64,000 bases of DNA from Convolutriloba macropyga (lineage: Eukaryota). Within the stretch, counting starts at the first letter, position 1, and each line of letters starts with the position of its first letter. The notes beneath the pieces were generated by a model, which was not told the origin of the DNA, ran no database searches, and was given only the letters and a program-made list of their open reading frames with translations. A program made the position numbers and the translations under genes. This document shows positions 1 through 14,311 of this stretch, piece by piece. The stretch is from the NCBI RefSeq assembly GCF_964194025.1, contig NC_134473.1, positions 63,054,001-63,118,000 of the forward strand, given 5' to 3'.

Positions 1-2379
1 GATCCCAGTGCAAAAAAAGTGCTGAGGAAAACAAAAAAAAAACTAGTCTAGACTTGACTAGCAAAACGAAGCCTTATTATTCACACAGTCAAAAATATAT
101 AAGCAAAACCGGCATTAACGCCAACGTGCAGCGCGCCAATTTTTTTACGTTCTACAAAAACTTAGGTCGTGTAGCTTAAGTTTGGCGTTTTAGAGCACAA
201 CAACGGTTGGAGAAGCAACAATTACTATAATTATTAATAAAATAAATAATACTATTAATAAAACATAATTCAAGTAAATAAATAGATTTTAACTCAAACA
301 ACAAAAATGGTCCCAGCATTTAGCGCTGAAAACGACAACATTCTTCTGCCGTGCATAGAAATGGAAATTGGCTTGATAACATTAATTATATTGTTACCGC
401 GTTAAGTGTAATAGCAAGCGTGAGCTTTAATTCAAGACACGTGTAATCTAATTAAGTTAAACAGCCGTCTGAAAAAAAATGTAGAAGAGCTGTTTCGGTT
501 GAATAGCCGATTTTGCTGGCACTTTGATACTTCCAGAGTAAATTGTTTCTGCCTATATACAATCTCAGTTGGGCTTTCTCTATTCATTTAAACAAAAGTA
601 GTTGGTTAGAGGAAGACAGTTCGATAGGATCTCTCACTTAGGCTTCAAAAAAAAAACTGAATATACCTTCCTTCAAAACGCCTGACAGCACCTTATATCA
701 TGTCCTCCGAAACAGAACTAGCAAACTTCTTGGACTCTTTATAAAGGTCGTGTGCTCTCTCGATGCATCTTTGTCTAATGCTTCAAAAGAACTAAATGTT
801 GCCACGCATGAAAATTTAGGACAGAAGTTTTCAATTGACCATGTGCACCAATTCCTGGATGGTTGCTATTTCTTGTACAAAAAAATTGAAAGACCACAAG
901 CTTTGAAGTACAGCCAGCTTTTGTAGACCTACGGCGTACATCAACGGCATGCTATATTGGGGAATGCTACATTTTGCAAACAATATTCGATGGACTTGTT
1001 TTCTTCCTGATCATTTCGAAGAATAAACAAAGCAAGCTCGAGAGCACGCGTCTCTTTTCCAAACTGGGGCGCCTTCTGTACTCTTCAGCTTTTAAAATCA
1101 TTTCAACATCCTCAATTAATCGGATGAACTCACAGTAGTGATTAATCATTTCGGAATTGACATCAAAAATACCAAAACTCACTCTTTGAGGCATACTTTT
1201 TCAAGGCACTTTTTTGAGGCATACATTAGAACAAAAAATCTACTTCCCCAAGTAAACAGCAGCACATCCGTCATATATGTTTATCAAAAATTTGCTACAT
1301 GAAGTATTATGCATAGCAACTCATTAATCTGAAGCTGCAATCAAAGCAATAGCAAAATTGGTGAAAATAGGCTACAGAGAAGAGTTGCCCTATCAGGGTT
1401 CTGAGGACAAATGGGCATCCTTATAGTTGCAGTTTCTGACGCTCCAAAGAAGTTCACAGCGAAAAACTTAGTAAACGAAGCCCGCAGCAAGGCAGAAGAA
1501 TTCTCTGAAAACTCACAAGTCGGAGTTGGCGTCCGGGTTAGAATAGAATTGTTCGCTCAGCTAAGAGTTGATACAAAAAAATTGAAAATCGGTTCATGTT
1601 CCATTTTTTTTTACTTTGCGAACCACAGAACAACTTTTCCACGACAAAATTATTGCGCCTAGCGAGTCAGCAGTACAAGCGCGAGCAATTACGCTCATAC
1701 CGGTAATGAAAACTATACATCAGCGTTACAAATTTTCTCAGCACAAATTGTATTTAAATGGAATGATAGCAAATTCTGAGGAGAAACCTATTGAAAGTTG
1801 TGAAATGTTAAAAAACCATGCACCACAACATACATGTACTCTTTATCCGGTAGCACTCAACAAATGCAAACTCTGATCACCACAGAATCTAAACAAAACT
1901 GATGATATCAGTACAAAATTTGTCGCTGGCTCAAAAAAGATCGAGTTATCCTTGGGGCTCATATCTCGGCAGTAATCTCATGAAACGGATCGATACAATT
2001 ATTTGTTGACTAGATAAGTTACACTACGTGAAAAAGACAACATATACGTCATTGATGTCTAAGTGGACCAAAAAAAAGTCTTTGTTGCAACAAGCCCACG
2101 GCACTAGCTCGGAATAATGGGAAAACGGAATAACTTTCATGGTAAGCAATAAAAAGTTCTCAACATAGCTGGTTGATTGCCATAAAAAAACTGCGATAGC
2201 TTAGTGAACTTATAGCTTGAAAAAACTTCAGTTTTATACTGAATGCTGATATGTAATTTGATTAGGAATATCTATAACTTATATGCTTTGTTTCTATCAC
2301 CCACACTCAAATAACATTCAATTAGATTAGGATATTCTATGTTGACCTTGATTAATTCAATTAACCTTAAAAAATTCAA

Positions 2380-4620
2380 TTGTGTGACCCCCAAAAAATG
2401 TGTGATCATAATTTATTCACTCCAATAAGCAACAGAATGGGGTAGAATAGTGATTTTTGAGCTGCGGTGAGCGGAGGGAGTGGTGGTATCAGGCGGTGGG
2501 GTCGAGCATGGTTAGGGATGAAATTAGGGGAAGGGCCTGTACAACTTCAGGGGTTTCTGTTTGTTGAGGATTTCCTCTAAGGGCCTCCTCCCTGATCGTC
2601 CACGGATCAGATTGGTGTTAGTTGGTCTTTGCAGATGGGGCAGTCGCAAATGATCCGCCGAGTGAACGGTGTGGACTCGGTGTACGTGGCCAGATAAACA
2701 CGAGTGAAGCATTCCAGAAGAGCCTTCAGCCGCAATGGATCACTGATGTCATTTCTGAAGGTAGGTCCTTGACTAGTCGCAAAGTCCTGAAAATATAGCT
2801 AGAGCGATCAAAATGGGTTTTGAAGTAAGGTATCGGGAAAGTTGGTAATTGTATTCTCGAATCCTTTGTGTGCATCTTCTTTTCTTGCGCAGGCTTCGCC
2901 CATTTCAGAACCAAGAAAACTTGGGATTCTTAATAGCAATATTAGATCCAGTACTTGTGTAAACATTGGAAGAGGAAGGAGGCCCATGTGAAGGAGTCAT
3001 ATTCTAATCTGTAGAATAGCTGTTCCATGTCCACTTGATAATTGTTTTTGAAAATTTTCCAGTAACCTTGAACTGCTTTTGCTTAACCCACCAACATGCC
3101 GCACCAAAATAATTGCCGGGAGGATAACAGACTTGTACAAGCAAAGTTTCGTTCGCATTGTAGTTTTTGACGAAATATTCCTCTTAATCATTGCCAAAAC
3201 TGACATCGCTTTCTTGATTTTCGTTTGGATGTAGAAATTCTAATTTAATTTTTGGACAAAGTACATTTCAAGGTCAAAACCGTTTTGTAGATTGGACACA
3301 GTTTCAATCGACAATCTCAATTCTTCAATGGCATTGTCATCTCGGGACTTGTAGACCATAAGCGCGCACTTCGAGACATAGTTCTAAATTGCTTTCGGAG
3401 TACCGTTTAGATAGCTTGCTCAATTCCCTTTGAGCAACCTCGTTAAAACAGATGGATTTTGTTGATAAGGAGGGTCAGATCAGCAAAAATATAGGGCTTG
3501 TCAGTTTCCGATACAGTCGGGCTATTGTTGATAAAAGCAAGCTTTGCAAGAAGTATGTCATGTGGGACTTTGACAGATGCCTTAGCAGAAACTGTATAAA
3601 GTGCAATACTGATGTGAGTGGGGTTATTCTATACAGCAAGACTAATTGTGGATGAAAGATATAAAATTTCTTTCAATAAAGAGCGATGAAAAACCATGCT
3701 GAAAAGGCGAGATAATTTATACGAGCTATTTTCTCATAGGGGTGCAAACCAATTTTTCCAAAACTTTCTCCGATGTTCAACAGTCTAATTGGCTGACAAT
3801 TAGTCAAATCTGCTACCTCTTTCAAACTAAGGAGAAATCGTCCCAATTTTCCAACCGGATGGAAGCTGACTGCATTTGCCGAAAATCAAAAAATTTGCAG
3901 AGCGAAGCTCTCAGGGTGATATTGAGCTTCTGGCAGAGGACAGTTGGTAAACCATCTGGTCCGCTGCTGTAAACGACATCCAGTTGTGACAGTTCTTTTA
4001 AACATAAATTTTGGAAATCAAAATCGACAACCTCACTGTTCTCACTAGAAATTATGTTGACAGGAGTGTGTCTTGAAGACAGATTGAAAGTATTCCTTTA
4101 TTATTCTCACTTTACCATTAGCTGAGTTTTCTGATTTGTTTTCCAATTTCAGCACTTCATAGAGGGAGCAAGTTGAACGATAGCTTTTGAAGTGTTTGAA
4201 AATAGCATAATTTTCTCGTGATAGAAATAGTTTCTTTTGATATACCAATCTATCTTCTTTTGAGGACAACTTCTTCTTCTTCTTAGTTCCACAGAGCATA
4301 CATTCTTTCACGAGATGGCTTCGGTAGATGGTCGCTGACCTCGAAAATTTGTTGAATTCATTGTATGGTGTAGAATGAACACTGAGATGCTGCTCGAATA
4401 GTACATCAGGTGTGCTGACCGCGAGTATTAAGTCTGTGTTGCGCGTCATTTCTGGAAGCAAGAATATGGAGAACACTTTGTTCCTCCTTGGCATCTGAAT
4501 GCATTGTTCCAATTTGTATTAGGAAAAATTATATCTCAGCAGAAAATCCTGGGTATAGATTTGCCGAATTTGTCTATGTACTGTAACCCTTTATCGAACA
4601 AGGCGGCTCGGTAATGCGCG
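2380..4620 (-). mobile_element. Decayed CR1/L2-group LINE ORF2 (RT and C-terminal region)
   Basis: Minus-strand fragments read GPDGLPT (about 3945-3965, the pre-RT SxGPDG motif) and IKRNISSKTTMRTKLCLYKSVILP...LLENFQK (2997-3206, typical post-RT LINE region). Many stops and frameshifts. Confidence 0.7.
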
Positions 4621-7248
4621 ATCGCACATAAGTTTCCGACCCCGCTCATCCACAATTTTGGCATAATTGTCTACCAAATGAGGAACAGATGGAAAAACAC
4701 AAAAAATTCAAGTATCTTTCGAAAAAAAAACTGGTGTATGAACGAAAAGATAGCCTCCAAAGCAAATAACTCAGTGGAGTACAAAATGATGCATTAGATT
4801 GATGAGATATGCCGATATTAAGAAAGCGAGCGAAGAAGAACGGCAAAATCAAACAACAACAACAAATATTAACTACATCAAAAAAATTATGTCCGTTTTA
4901 AAAAACAAAATTTAATAACAAAGTCAAAATAGCGTCAGATAAAACTGAAAATAAACAAAATAACTTTTAATTCCCCAGAAAAAAATGGTTATTCACCAGT
5001 TCATAATAAAGCTTGGTAACAATTAGACAAAATGAACAGAAACTTTAAAGTTAGAAATTTCGCTGAATTTAAAAAAAAAAACAATTAATTTCGAAGTAAT
5101 GAAAACCATTGGGAATCAACTAAAATATCACATAGGTTTACAATTACCAATGCTTCTATAGAAAACAATTAAGAACTCTTGGTATTTAATTTTTTATGGA
5201 GTTACAAAAAGAACATTAAATGGACAACAAACTAAAAATCAATTAAAACTTGCCAGAAAATGCTTTGGAAGCCGTAAAGCCATATTTTGGCCCCCAAAAA
5301 TATGTTCGATTGCATCTTCGTCGAACATCGATGATGTATTATGTGGCTGCTCATTAATGAAAAAAAGCAAAAATTAGACAAAAAAGAAAAAAATGCAAAA
5401 TTATGTAATACTTGTTTATTTTTCGAAAAAAATTTATTTTCAAAGACATAAAAGCCATTAAATACAATATGAAAAATTTGAATAGGTTCCTCCATTCATC
5501 CAACGGAAGCCCTTGAGACCTTCAATTATGCAGAATATGTCTTACGTCTACAAAAATAACGTAAAATATGACAAAAATCAAAAATTCTTTTACTTTTTTT
5601 TGTGAAAAACCCGTGTCGAAGCCAGTAAAGTCATAACGAATTCTTTAAAAACATTAGATTTTGTGACACCAATCTCTTTTCACACCTTCCCCTGACAAAA
5701 ATAATGTCATCTTCAACCTTTAATTAACGAGACCAGGTAACAAACAGACAATAAAAGGAACAAATTTGCGAAGTTGAAATTTTTTTTTTTTCATTTTGGA
5801 AAACAATTGTTTTCAAAGTCATGAAAGCCATTATCTATCTTCTAATATCAGAACGGCGGCTCATCTACTTTTCCAGGAAAAGCCAATCAAACCGGGTCAT
5901 TGTACAGGAGATTAAATACGACTAAAAAGACAAAAAAAACGACAGTTAGAGACAAAATTAAAAATATCAATTAAATTCTTCGAGATAGTACCGTCGAAGC
6001 GGTAAAGAACCACAATCTATATCTTTCAAGACTTAAATATTATCAATTGTGCGTTATATTAAACGCGAAAAATGTGATATATGAACTGACAATAACGTGA
6101 TAATTTGACAAAACTAGAAAACTTGAAAAATGTGCAAGTACCTAAAAATTTTTAAAAAATTCTGAAATCTAGTAGTATCAAAGCCAGAATACCATAACTT
6201 AGCGTGTAAAACCGCAAAAAAGACTAAATTTGAATTCAGCAGAAAGAAGGAGCACTCTGTGATTGCTGACACTACGCTACAAGTTGACCAACTTGAGAGA
6301 AAAATGGAGGCAAAGTTCAATAAGCCATTTTTCATTTAAAAATCAAACATTTTAAAAGTCAAAACGACCAAAAGCTTTCAAGCAATCAACTAGAAAAATT
6401 AATTTCGAGCTAATTAGGAAGCCAATAGGACTTATCACTAGTGAGCTTTGACTCGAAATGTTCTGTTATTTAATATAAAAAAGATCGATTTTTTTTTTTT
6501 ATAAAAAACCGACTGACGACAATCCGAATAATTTTTGGATTGTAACGACCAAGATTCGCACAGAACTAATCCTGCTAATAATGATTGTCCATTAGGAATA
6601 TTTAATTTTTGGAATGTCATTGATATAGATATTTTGTTAGTTAAAAAATCAAAAATAAATGACGCGGTTTTGATAATCAACGAATAAAGTAAACAAAAAA
6701 CGGCAAAGTTTTATTTACAGAGCACTCTCAACGGAAGTTGAAGTAGAATTAGCCCCCTTTTCAGTCTACGAAGATTGTGTTAGTGGTTTTTGGGTGTGCA
6801 CTTCCTGCAAAATTAATCAGAGTGGACTAAAGAAACCTATTTCGTGGTGTTTTTGATGAAAAAGTCTGAATTTTGTGAAATATTTAGCCGGAATTTGTGA
6901 CAAAAAAAATTCAGTGAAAATAGCCGACAATATATTTTGTCTTTAAACGTGAAATCAACAACATCTTCTTGATTTTTTTTTTAAATTTTATCAAAATTGG
7001 CGAAATTTTAGTCAAAAATTCCGAAAAAAGGTGAATGAAATCAACGGAATTCACTCTATTTTCTCGAACGTTTGAACTTCTATATCTCCCTGTCAAAAAC
7101 AAAAATTAAACAAATCTTTTTAATTACATATTCTAAGGTGGACAAGCTTTCTAATGATACCAGTCTCAACTCTCTACGATGACTATATCGATCGGCCAAA
7201 ATTGACTGAACAAAAAAAACCTATTTGAGTATATAGTTCCTCCCCCCC

Positions 7249-8530
7249 TCAAGAGGGGTCGGAACAATTAACAATTCGTATATCTGTATTTAATATTTGC
7301 CGTTGGATTATAGAAAATGCAAACAAAAAAGGTGAGGGAGATGCAGGTAACTTGCACCAGAATAGACCTGTCAGGTAAATCTGGGACGTCTTTTGAGTAA
7401 CACGATATGAGCTACAGGCGCCTTTCTTCCCCCGTTCCACATGTATGATAAAATAATCGTTTAGCAACAGTTCACCATCCGCGATTGATCCAGTCAGCAA
7501 AATTTCAGTAATTAATAGAACATGGGAACAATGTTGGTTACAGCATTTGTAAGGAGAAATCTTTCAAAGTTTATCAAACTTCTGGTGTTTAGGAGAAGAG
7601 ATGTTATTGTGCATAGTCATTGCTTCGATGAGTCAGGGGATACCTGGACTAGAACTCATTGAATGACTGCAAATTTCGGATCTTAAAAGCTTAGGGTCGA
7701 TTCCTTGCTTTATAAGCTCACGTTTTTTTTATTAGAATGAAAATTTCTGAGCAAACATCTGCGCTGAGAGCTGGCTGAACTAAATGTTCTGTGTTTGGAG
7801 TTTTCGGCGCATTTTAATAACTCCTGACAAGAAAAGACCTTGCGAGCATCCCATGGAGACTTGAATTCGACCATAGTGTTTCGAGGTCCTGTTCTCTTTG
7901 CATCAAACTTACCAAGTCAGCGTACACTTGACAGAGCAGCACTGACATTAAGGTAAAGAAGAGGTGTTCAAATTTTACACTGGTCTCCATTGTGTTTTCG
8001 CTGAAAGTTTTGTTTGCAAACCTCGGGAAATCTGTTGATTCGAACACAATTTATATTGTGATTATCAAGTGCGGGCTTATCAGGGCTGTTGACTAAATCA
8101 AACAACTTTGACATCTGCACTACGTTGTCCTTAAATCTTTGCATATTCTCCGCAACTTTTTTCTATCAATCAGCAGGGTTACATTTCCACGTCAGGCCCT
8201 TGATCTTCTCTATTTGTTAGCATCGCGTGGGTAATAAGACTGCATGCGAGGTGGAACCAGATGCCACACCCTGATCAGCTAAGGCAACTCGTCCTGCAAT
8301 CTTGTCCACTCTCGCCACAGGGGTACCTCGTGTCGCTTTTGTGCCGGTCATTTGTCTCCAGCATTATACAGATCAAATTGATTGCTGTTGCCAACAACCT
8401 CACGGAACCTTCCTCGGGGGAAGTAGTAGAGACGAGACAGAAACTGATACTTTCCAAGTGGAACCTCACGGAATCGTGGAAAAGAACAAAAAAAGAAAAA
8501 GGTAACTACTGCCTGGGACGAGGAGGACTA
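7249..8530 (-). mobile_element. Decayed LINE 5' portion (ORF1 and start of APE endonuclease)
   Basis: LTGSIADGELLLNDYFIIHVERGKKG resembles the APE N-terminal pattern TETWL..I.D.EL....Y...R.DR..GG. Upstream broken ORF1-like coding sequence. Confidence 0.55.
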
Positions 8531-9132
8531 CCAGGTTGAACAGACACAGTGGCACGCATTTTGGTGTACTAAAATTTCTCCAGATCTTTGCGGAGTTAGG
8601 TGATCCAAATCGCCAAGTACTGCCCCTTACACCACAAATCTGTACACTTAAGAGACTGATTAAGCTTTAAGAGAGCAGCTCAGTCACTTAATACCCTCCG
8701 GGATTTAACTGTTTATGAGGACGAACTTAAAAGCGTCAGACAAAAATCGGTCGCGCAAAAAATTGAATAAAAAAGACAGCATGGCTAAAATAATTTCTAC
8801 AACTTTCATTTGAGAACATTAATGAGTGGAAATTGACGTTACCATAAGGGTTACCATCATGGGTTGCCATAAGTTGATCAGGATTTCAAGTTTGGTGAAT
8901 TGGTTTTGAACTCGATACAAAAATTTAACCCCTTAAAAGTCTACAATACAGAGAGAACCCCTCATCTAATTAACAGTACTAGTTGGGAAAAGCCAACACA
9001 GCTTTTTATTTAGCAGATTCCAAGTTCAATTAAAGGGAGGAGAAAAACCCTCCTACTAGGAGACTGAAATGGATCCCGACATCTCTGAATAATTTATCTA
9101 GAAATAATCTAATTTAATACAGATTAACTTAC

Positions 9133-9663
9133 AATGCAAGCTACGTGTACTGGATAAACTCCGTTTCCATCAGGAACTGACAAATAATCATTAATCCAGT
9201 CCTGCTTCAAGTACGAGCACATGCCCAGCTTAACAAGCACATGGGCTGGTCCATACAATTTGTTCACAGTGTAGCTTTCTATCAGTGATCTGATCGTACC
9301 CTCTTTAAAAAATTGAGCTGAATTCTGAAAGAGTAATGTAAACTGGTTACGCAACGCAATACAGTCCTTTTCCGCATCCTCGGGAAGGGCTAGTCTGGCG
9401 ACATTGTACATAATTAACGGTCCTTCAGCATTTTCGGATTTCTGATTCCCCTCTCCACCAGGACTTCGATTATGAATAACTATCATAGAACATGGATTAT
9501 ATCCCTCTTTTCGCTTGTAAAGGCTAATGAAATCACTCTCCTCGGTGATTTCCCAATACTTGGAGGACGGCGCTTTTGCCAATTTCTTCACCTCCCATCC
9601 TAAAGGTTCTTCTTCCAAATCTGTTTTCCAAAGGCTGGCAACTGAACTTATCAGAGAATCCAT
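9133..9663 (-). CDS. PLA2G6: First coding exon of calcium-independent phospholipase A2 beta (iPLA2-beta) homolog
   Basis: 177 codons matching the iPLA2-beta N-terminus as I recall it (WEVKK..., ...AHVLVKLG..., first ankyrin repeat GVYPVHVAC vs GCTPLHLAC). Ends at a phase-0 GTAAGT donor (GT at 9132-9131). A TTTTTAG acceptor lies at about 9752. Downstream exons were not found in the window. Confidence 0.8.
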
Positions 9664-9793
9664 TTTAGATCACATGAACTAAGGAATCTGTTGAGAAATA
9701 AGAAGCACCCGACAATCTATTTGATCTTCTAGCAACCGCATCTGTACTAAATCTAAAAACAGCAGATAAAAACAACAAAAATTTTAAAATTTA

Positions 9794-9879
9794 GGTCTTT
9801 CCCATTATAGACCCATTAAATAATAGACCTCTTCCATTTTGGTAAAATTACGATGATGGGGTCTACAGGTTATCTGACC
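9794..9879. mobile_element. Short GGTC...GACC MITE-like element
   Basis: Reverse-complement homolog of 14045-14127 and related to 9940-10023. No TSD seen. Confidence 0.55.
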
Positions 9880-9939
9880 ACTAAACTTGGGGGGGGGGGG
9901 GGCAAAAAATAACAAATTTCAGAATATGAACGAATTAGG

Positions 9940-10023
9940 GGTCTTTCCCGTTATAGCCCCCCTCCTCCTCCATTATGGTATAATTACCATGATTGGGGGG
10001 GGGGGGCTATGACGAGAAAGACT
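9940..10023. mobile_element. Palindromic MITE with 9-bp TSD
   Basis: Arms ggtctttcccgttatagcccccc / ggggggctatgacgagaaagact, flanked by direct repeat cgaattagg (9931-9939 and 10024-10032). Confidence 0.75.
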
Positions 10024-10449
10024 CGAATTAGGAAACAATAAATAGGCGTAGGAAGCAGAAAATTTTGCTGTCTCAACCAATGACATAACAGGTTTCTTCT
10101 TTTACATTTTACTTAGTTTTTGAACTAAAAAACGTTATGATCTACCCGCCAATGGACGGAAATGAGCCCCCTCTATGAAAAATCGGCTCTTTTCAGTTTG
10201 TGCCCCCCTCTATCACCATAATGACATGCGCTCTGTGACTGGGGGGAGCATAACGTACTTGGGGGGGGGGGGGGGATCAGAAAAATCACAGCTGCGTATC
10301 TAAGTTTGCAAAACAGAAAACGCACCGTAATAAAATTACAAACATGCTAGGTTCTAGGAGCGGCGTCCAAGCGATGAATGGGGAAATGGTAATTTACCAT
10401 AGGTACAAAACAAAATGGGTCTTGGGCCCTGTGCGAATAAACCTGCGCG

Positions 10450-13400
10450 AGCGAAATTGAGAAATTGTCTAAAAGGGGAGGAGTTATAAAGGTTAGCGAG
10501 CACCAGAGAGCAAAAGGGGAGGATGAGTGAGGCGTGGGGTCGTATGGGTGTGAGTGCTAGCGGTTGCTGATGTCATGAATGCTCTTCATTATGCAAGCCG
10601 CATTCCCTTTCTAGATGGCTATGCCAAGTCGTTGTTTTAGGTATATGCACGATTTGGGGTCATCGGTCGCGCCTTCAATGCGCAAGAAATCGGTGCGAAG
10701 GAAGGCGAGGCTTGAGTCGCCGATCCTTCCAAGGGTCTCAACACTGATCGGTTCGAACAGGTAACATGGTGGGAGGTCACTGGTGGTTGCGTTTTCGAGA
10801 TTCTGCGTCGGTCGCCGGGGTTCAGACATGTTCGAATGAGTGACTCTGCGAGGCGGTGGACGCATGTGTAGTCCCAGGCGAGGGAGCGACCTCTACCCCA
10901 GGGAACGAGTGTGGCCCCATCTGGCCGGCGACCATCGTTTCGAAAGAGGCCGACAAGCTCTAAGGATGCTGGGATATTAGGGGGGCGCAGAGTCGTAGAT
11001 GACATCGTCGCCCAGTTGATGACGGGCGAAACAAGACATAATTTTCGGGCACACCAATTGGTGGCTGCCGTAACGGTCTGTGACAACGCCGCATTCGCAT
11101 TTGTGCGAAGATGAGACAGGGGCGCCTAGACGCAGAGGGCAGGCAATGCTGAATTGGTGGTCAGTCAGAGCAAGGCCGAGGTTGTTTGATGGCAGAACAT
11201 TGAGCCAGTCCCCGTCTCCGGGGTAGGCAAAACCGTGGAGGCGGGCTCGATCTATGGACTCATCGGTGTTCAAAAGAGAATTGAGCTTTGACTGCACGAT
11301 TGGCCGGTACCAATCTTTTTGTCTTATACTCTCGAGGGGAGGTGTCGTGTCATTTGGGACCTGTGCAGTCCATATTTCAATTGCTTTTCTCATGAGTTCG
11401 CCATTATGCTTGTTGCCAGAAAGGGTCGAACTGGGTCTGGCGCACGATCGGTGAGAGATGTATGCTGCTGTGCATAAGTCCGAAGGCAGGGGAATGCCGA
11501 TACCACCCGATTTGGTGTCCACCGTAAGTGGAACATTGAACAGCTTTTCACGGGAGTCACGGAATTGCTCGTCAAGGTTTGAGACGAGGTCAGGAAGACA
11601 AAACGTGGGGGAAGTGCGAAGGAGATACAGCAGTTTGGGGACTGCGAGGCAGTTCTTGACAAGGAAAAAGGCCTGCTGGCGGGGAAGGTCAGTGATTCGT
11701 TCGGAGAGAATTGACAACAGATCAGTCATCTCCAAGGTGCAGCTGCTAGGTCGCTGCTTCTTAGTGGGGAGCCTAGTAGTGTGGCGTCGGAGGGGTCAAC
11801 AACCTTGATACCGGGGCAAACTTCTCAAAGGCGGCGCAGATGGCGGGCTTGTTCGACCCGAACACGGTGATTTCGCATTTCGAGGTGTTCAATGACAGTC
11901 CGATGGTCTGCGCTGCCTGTGCAAATGATGCTAGATCAGCAAGTACAATTCTCTATTTATTGCCCATGGAAACATTGTCCAGATGACATTTAAATCGGGA
12001 GACGAGTTGCCGTAGGCTGGGGTACAACGTTAAGTTGAAGCCGAACGATGGGCATCACCTTGTTGGAAATCTTTCCCCGAGAGGATGATGTGTGATCCAG
12101 GTAGAAGGAAGGGTAGCAAGAGCTTTCAGCGCAGGCACATGCTCAGCACACGCTTCGGCGATGCAGTCTCTTCGTAAACTATTGAACGCGTTGCTCGAAT
12201 CAAGTTTGTGGAAAACATCATCTTGGGTAGAATTGATGAATGATGTGGCTGCGTGTGCTGCCACCTCGGCGCCGTGTGGCACGCCCGCTCCAAGCGGTTC
12301 TGGAATAAAATAGTTTGCAAAGCGTCCGGATTCAATTTTGACTGCGCATTTTGCCGTCAGGCGTCTGAATACCTCTCCAACTGCAATCGGGCGCTTGCGG
12401 CTATCTTTCTTGTCTAGGGCAAGAAGATTAGCTCCAAACAGGACCGGCGCTAAGGAACTGGTGATTTCACCACGCAAAATGATGTTGGAAAGGTCCATTA
12501 TAGAGGACAGAACTACTTCCGGCTTCGTTGGCGGCTCTTGAGGTTATGTTTTTCAAGTGTTGTGGCCTTAGTCCGGTTGGTCTACCAGCCGAGCCGGGGC
12601 GAATGAGTTGACGGCCTCCTTCATTATGTCGGGCGACAGTTGTAAAACGTCTGAGATGGTTGGCGGTAAGGCGAATGCGTGACGATCGGGCGGACGCGGA
12701 GGGTGTTTGGATTGCAGCTGATCGCGTGATTCCTCGTCGGCCGGTGAAAGATCTTCCGATGATGTGACAAGATGGACGGCCTGTTTAATCGCGCCTTTGT
12801 CGATCTTAGCTTAAATAAGTTCCGACCGCGGGTCGCGTTCGCGAGGTCTGTTTTTTGCCACCAGCGGGGAGAACATTTTGGTAGGGTCAGCGTGCTCGAG
12901 GCAGAGGGAGATTTGTCGGTTGACAATGCTAGTGAGGGTCTTCTTTTGCTTGCCAGCCCTGGGCACCCTGAGGCAAATCAGTGGCATTAGTAGAAGCTGG
13001 CGCCCGTGATCACTTGGAGTCCCAACAATGTCTCCGATGACTGACTGCAAAGCCATTGCGTAGTTCGTTCTTGAAACCTTGGGCACAAACTTGACAACAC
13101 GGCAACGGGCATTGACAAAATCCGTGGCTAAATGTTTGGCGACATCCTGGGGAGAGGGTTTCTGTGGAGATGCATAATGGGTTGCTGTTGGTGGAATGCT
13201 CGGGTGCTGCAGGCTTATTCCCAGAACGGGTGGTGCGTTGGTGCTTCAGATGAGATACGGAGGTCATTCAGGGCTTGTGTTAGGCCTGAGCTGCCCGCGT
13301 TTTCGTCCAACGTGAGAGAGCTAAGTGCCTGCATCAGGCCAGAGGAGGCTTGCGTTTCAACGCTTGTGCAATGTGAATAAATGAAACCCCTGAAGTACTG

Positions 13401-13610
13401 GCTGTGGGAGCGAAGATTGACGCACTTTAGGCACACATAGCCGCAGATGCTGCACCAAACTGAGACGCTTCAGCGGGGGTTGGAGATGTTAGAGCTGAAT
13501 TGGTTGCAATAACTTTGAGAGCTAGGGGAATGCTGGCTTGCAGAATGTGGGGATTGGCCTGCGTCTGGGAGGATCGCCCTGCCATGAAGAGGGGAAAGGG
13601 GAAGTTCTAC
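10450..13610 (-). mobile_element. CRE-clade (restriction-like endonuclease) non-LTR retrotransposon, near full length, frameshifted
   Basis: N-terminal zinc finger (CSICGYVCLKC..H); RT FGANLLALDKK..RPIAVGEVFRRLTAK..GAGVPHGAE..KLDSSNAFNSLRR; knuckle RLGAPV...CECG..H..VC; endonuclease RRPDGATLVPWGRGRSLAWDYT, PISVETLG, QRLGIAI*KGNA. Locally GC-rich. Confidence 0.9.
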
Positions 13611-14044
13611 TATTAAGGACGTCCGTTTTTGTTCAGATCTGTTTGAAGTGCTATAGGAATTAATTTCCATTTCATTTTCCATTTCACTCATGTATTGCTC
13701 AAACTAAACCTCTGAGACGTCAGGCCAATAAAAGCCGAAAATATATGACCTTGAATCTGACACTTGAGCAGTTATTTCAGAACTTTGATAATTCACGACC
13801 GAGACACTCTCGTAAGTTAACAGAACGTTAAATTCTTAAACATCAACGGCATGAGCTGAACTTATATTTTCTCGACTTGGCGTTCCTTCCTCTAAATGAA
13901 TGTTAAAGGTTCCACTTTGTTCAGTCTCTTCATCGTGACGTTCTTCGGATGCTGTTGGGAGACTTTCTTCTTCGGTGCTGTTTCCCGAAGTAGTGATTTC
14001 ATATTTCTGTTCATTTACATCAGATTGCTGGTTACCAGATTGGT

Positions 14045-14127
14045 GGTCAGATAACCTATAGCCCCACTTGGTAATTATACCATAATGGGGGCTATAATTT
14101 CATGGGGGGGCTATAAAGGGAAAGACC
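14045..14127. mobile_element. Short GGTC...GACC MITE-like element
   Basis: Inverted homolog of 9794-9879. It interrupts a decayed acidic reading frame. Confidence 0.55.
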
Positions 14128-14311
14128 CGACAGTTGGATCGGTTCTTGACCAGGAAGATGACCAAAATCACCAGCGCTGTTCAATGGATCAGAGCTGAAA
14201 CTACTTGTTTGCCGATTGCTCGCCTAAGCCTTGTTTTCTTCTACGGCTAGTTCAGCTTGGCCCAAAAGTGCATCCAAGTCAGGCAGATCATCATCTATAC
14301 CATCCATAAAA

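Noticed and set aside
480-2100. Further PLA2G6 exons or other genes (ORFs 967-1194, 1411-1662, 1616-1876)
   Set aside because: No ankyrin or patatin motifs and no consistent splice sites; probably unidentifiable decayed TE coding DNA.
9794-14127. Inverted homologs at 9794-9879 and 14045-14127 as TIRs of one 4.3-kb DNA transposon containing the CRE element
   Set aside because: No TSD. Each copy has its own GGTC..GACC ends, and the right copy interrupts a reading frame that continues outside it, so independent small elements are more likely.
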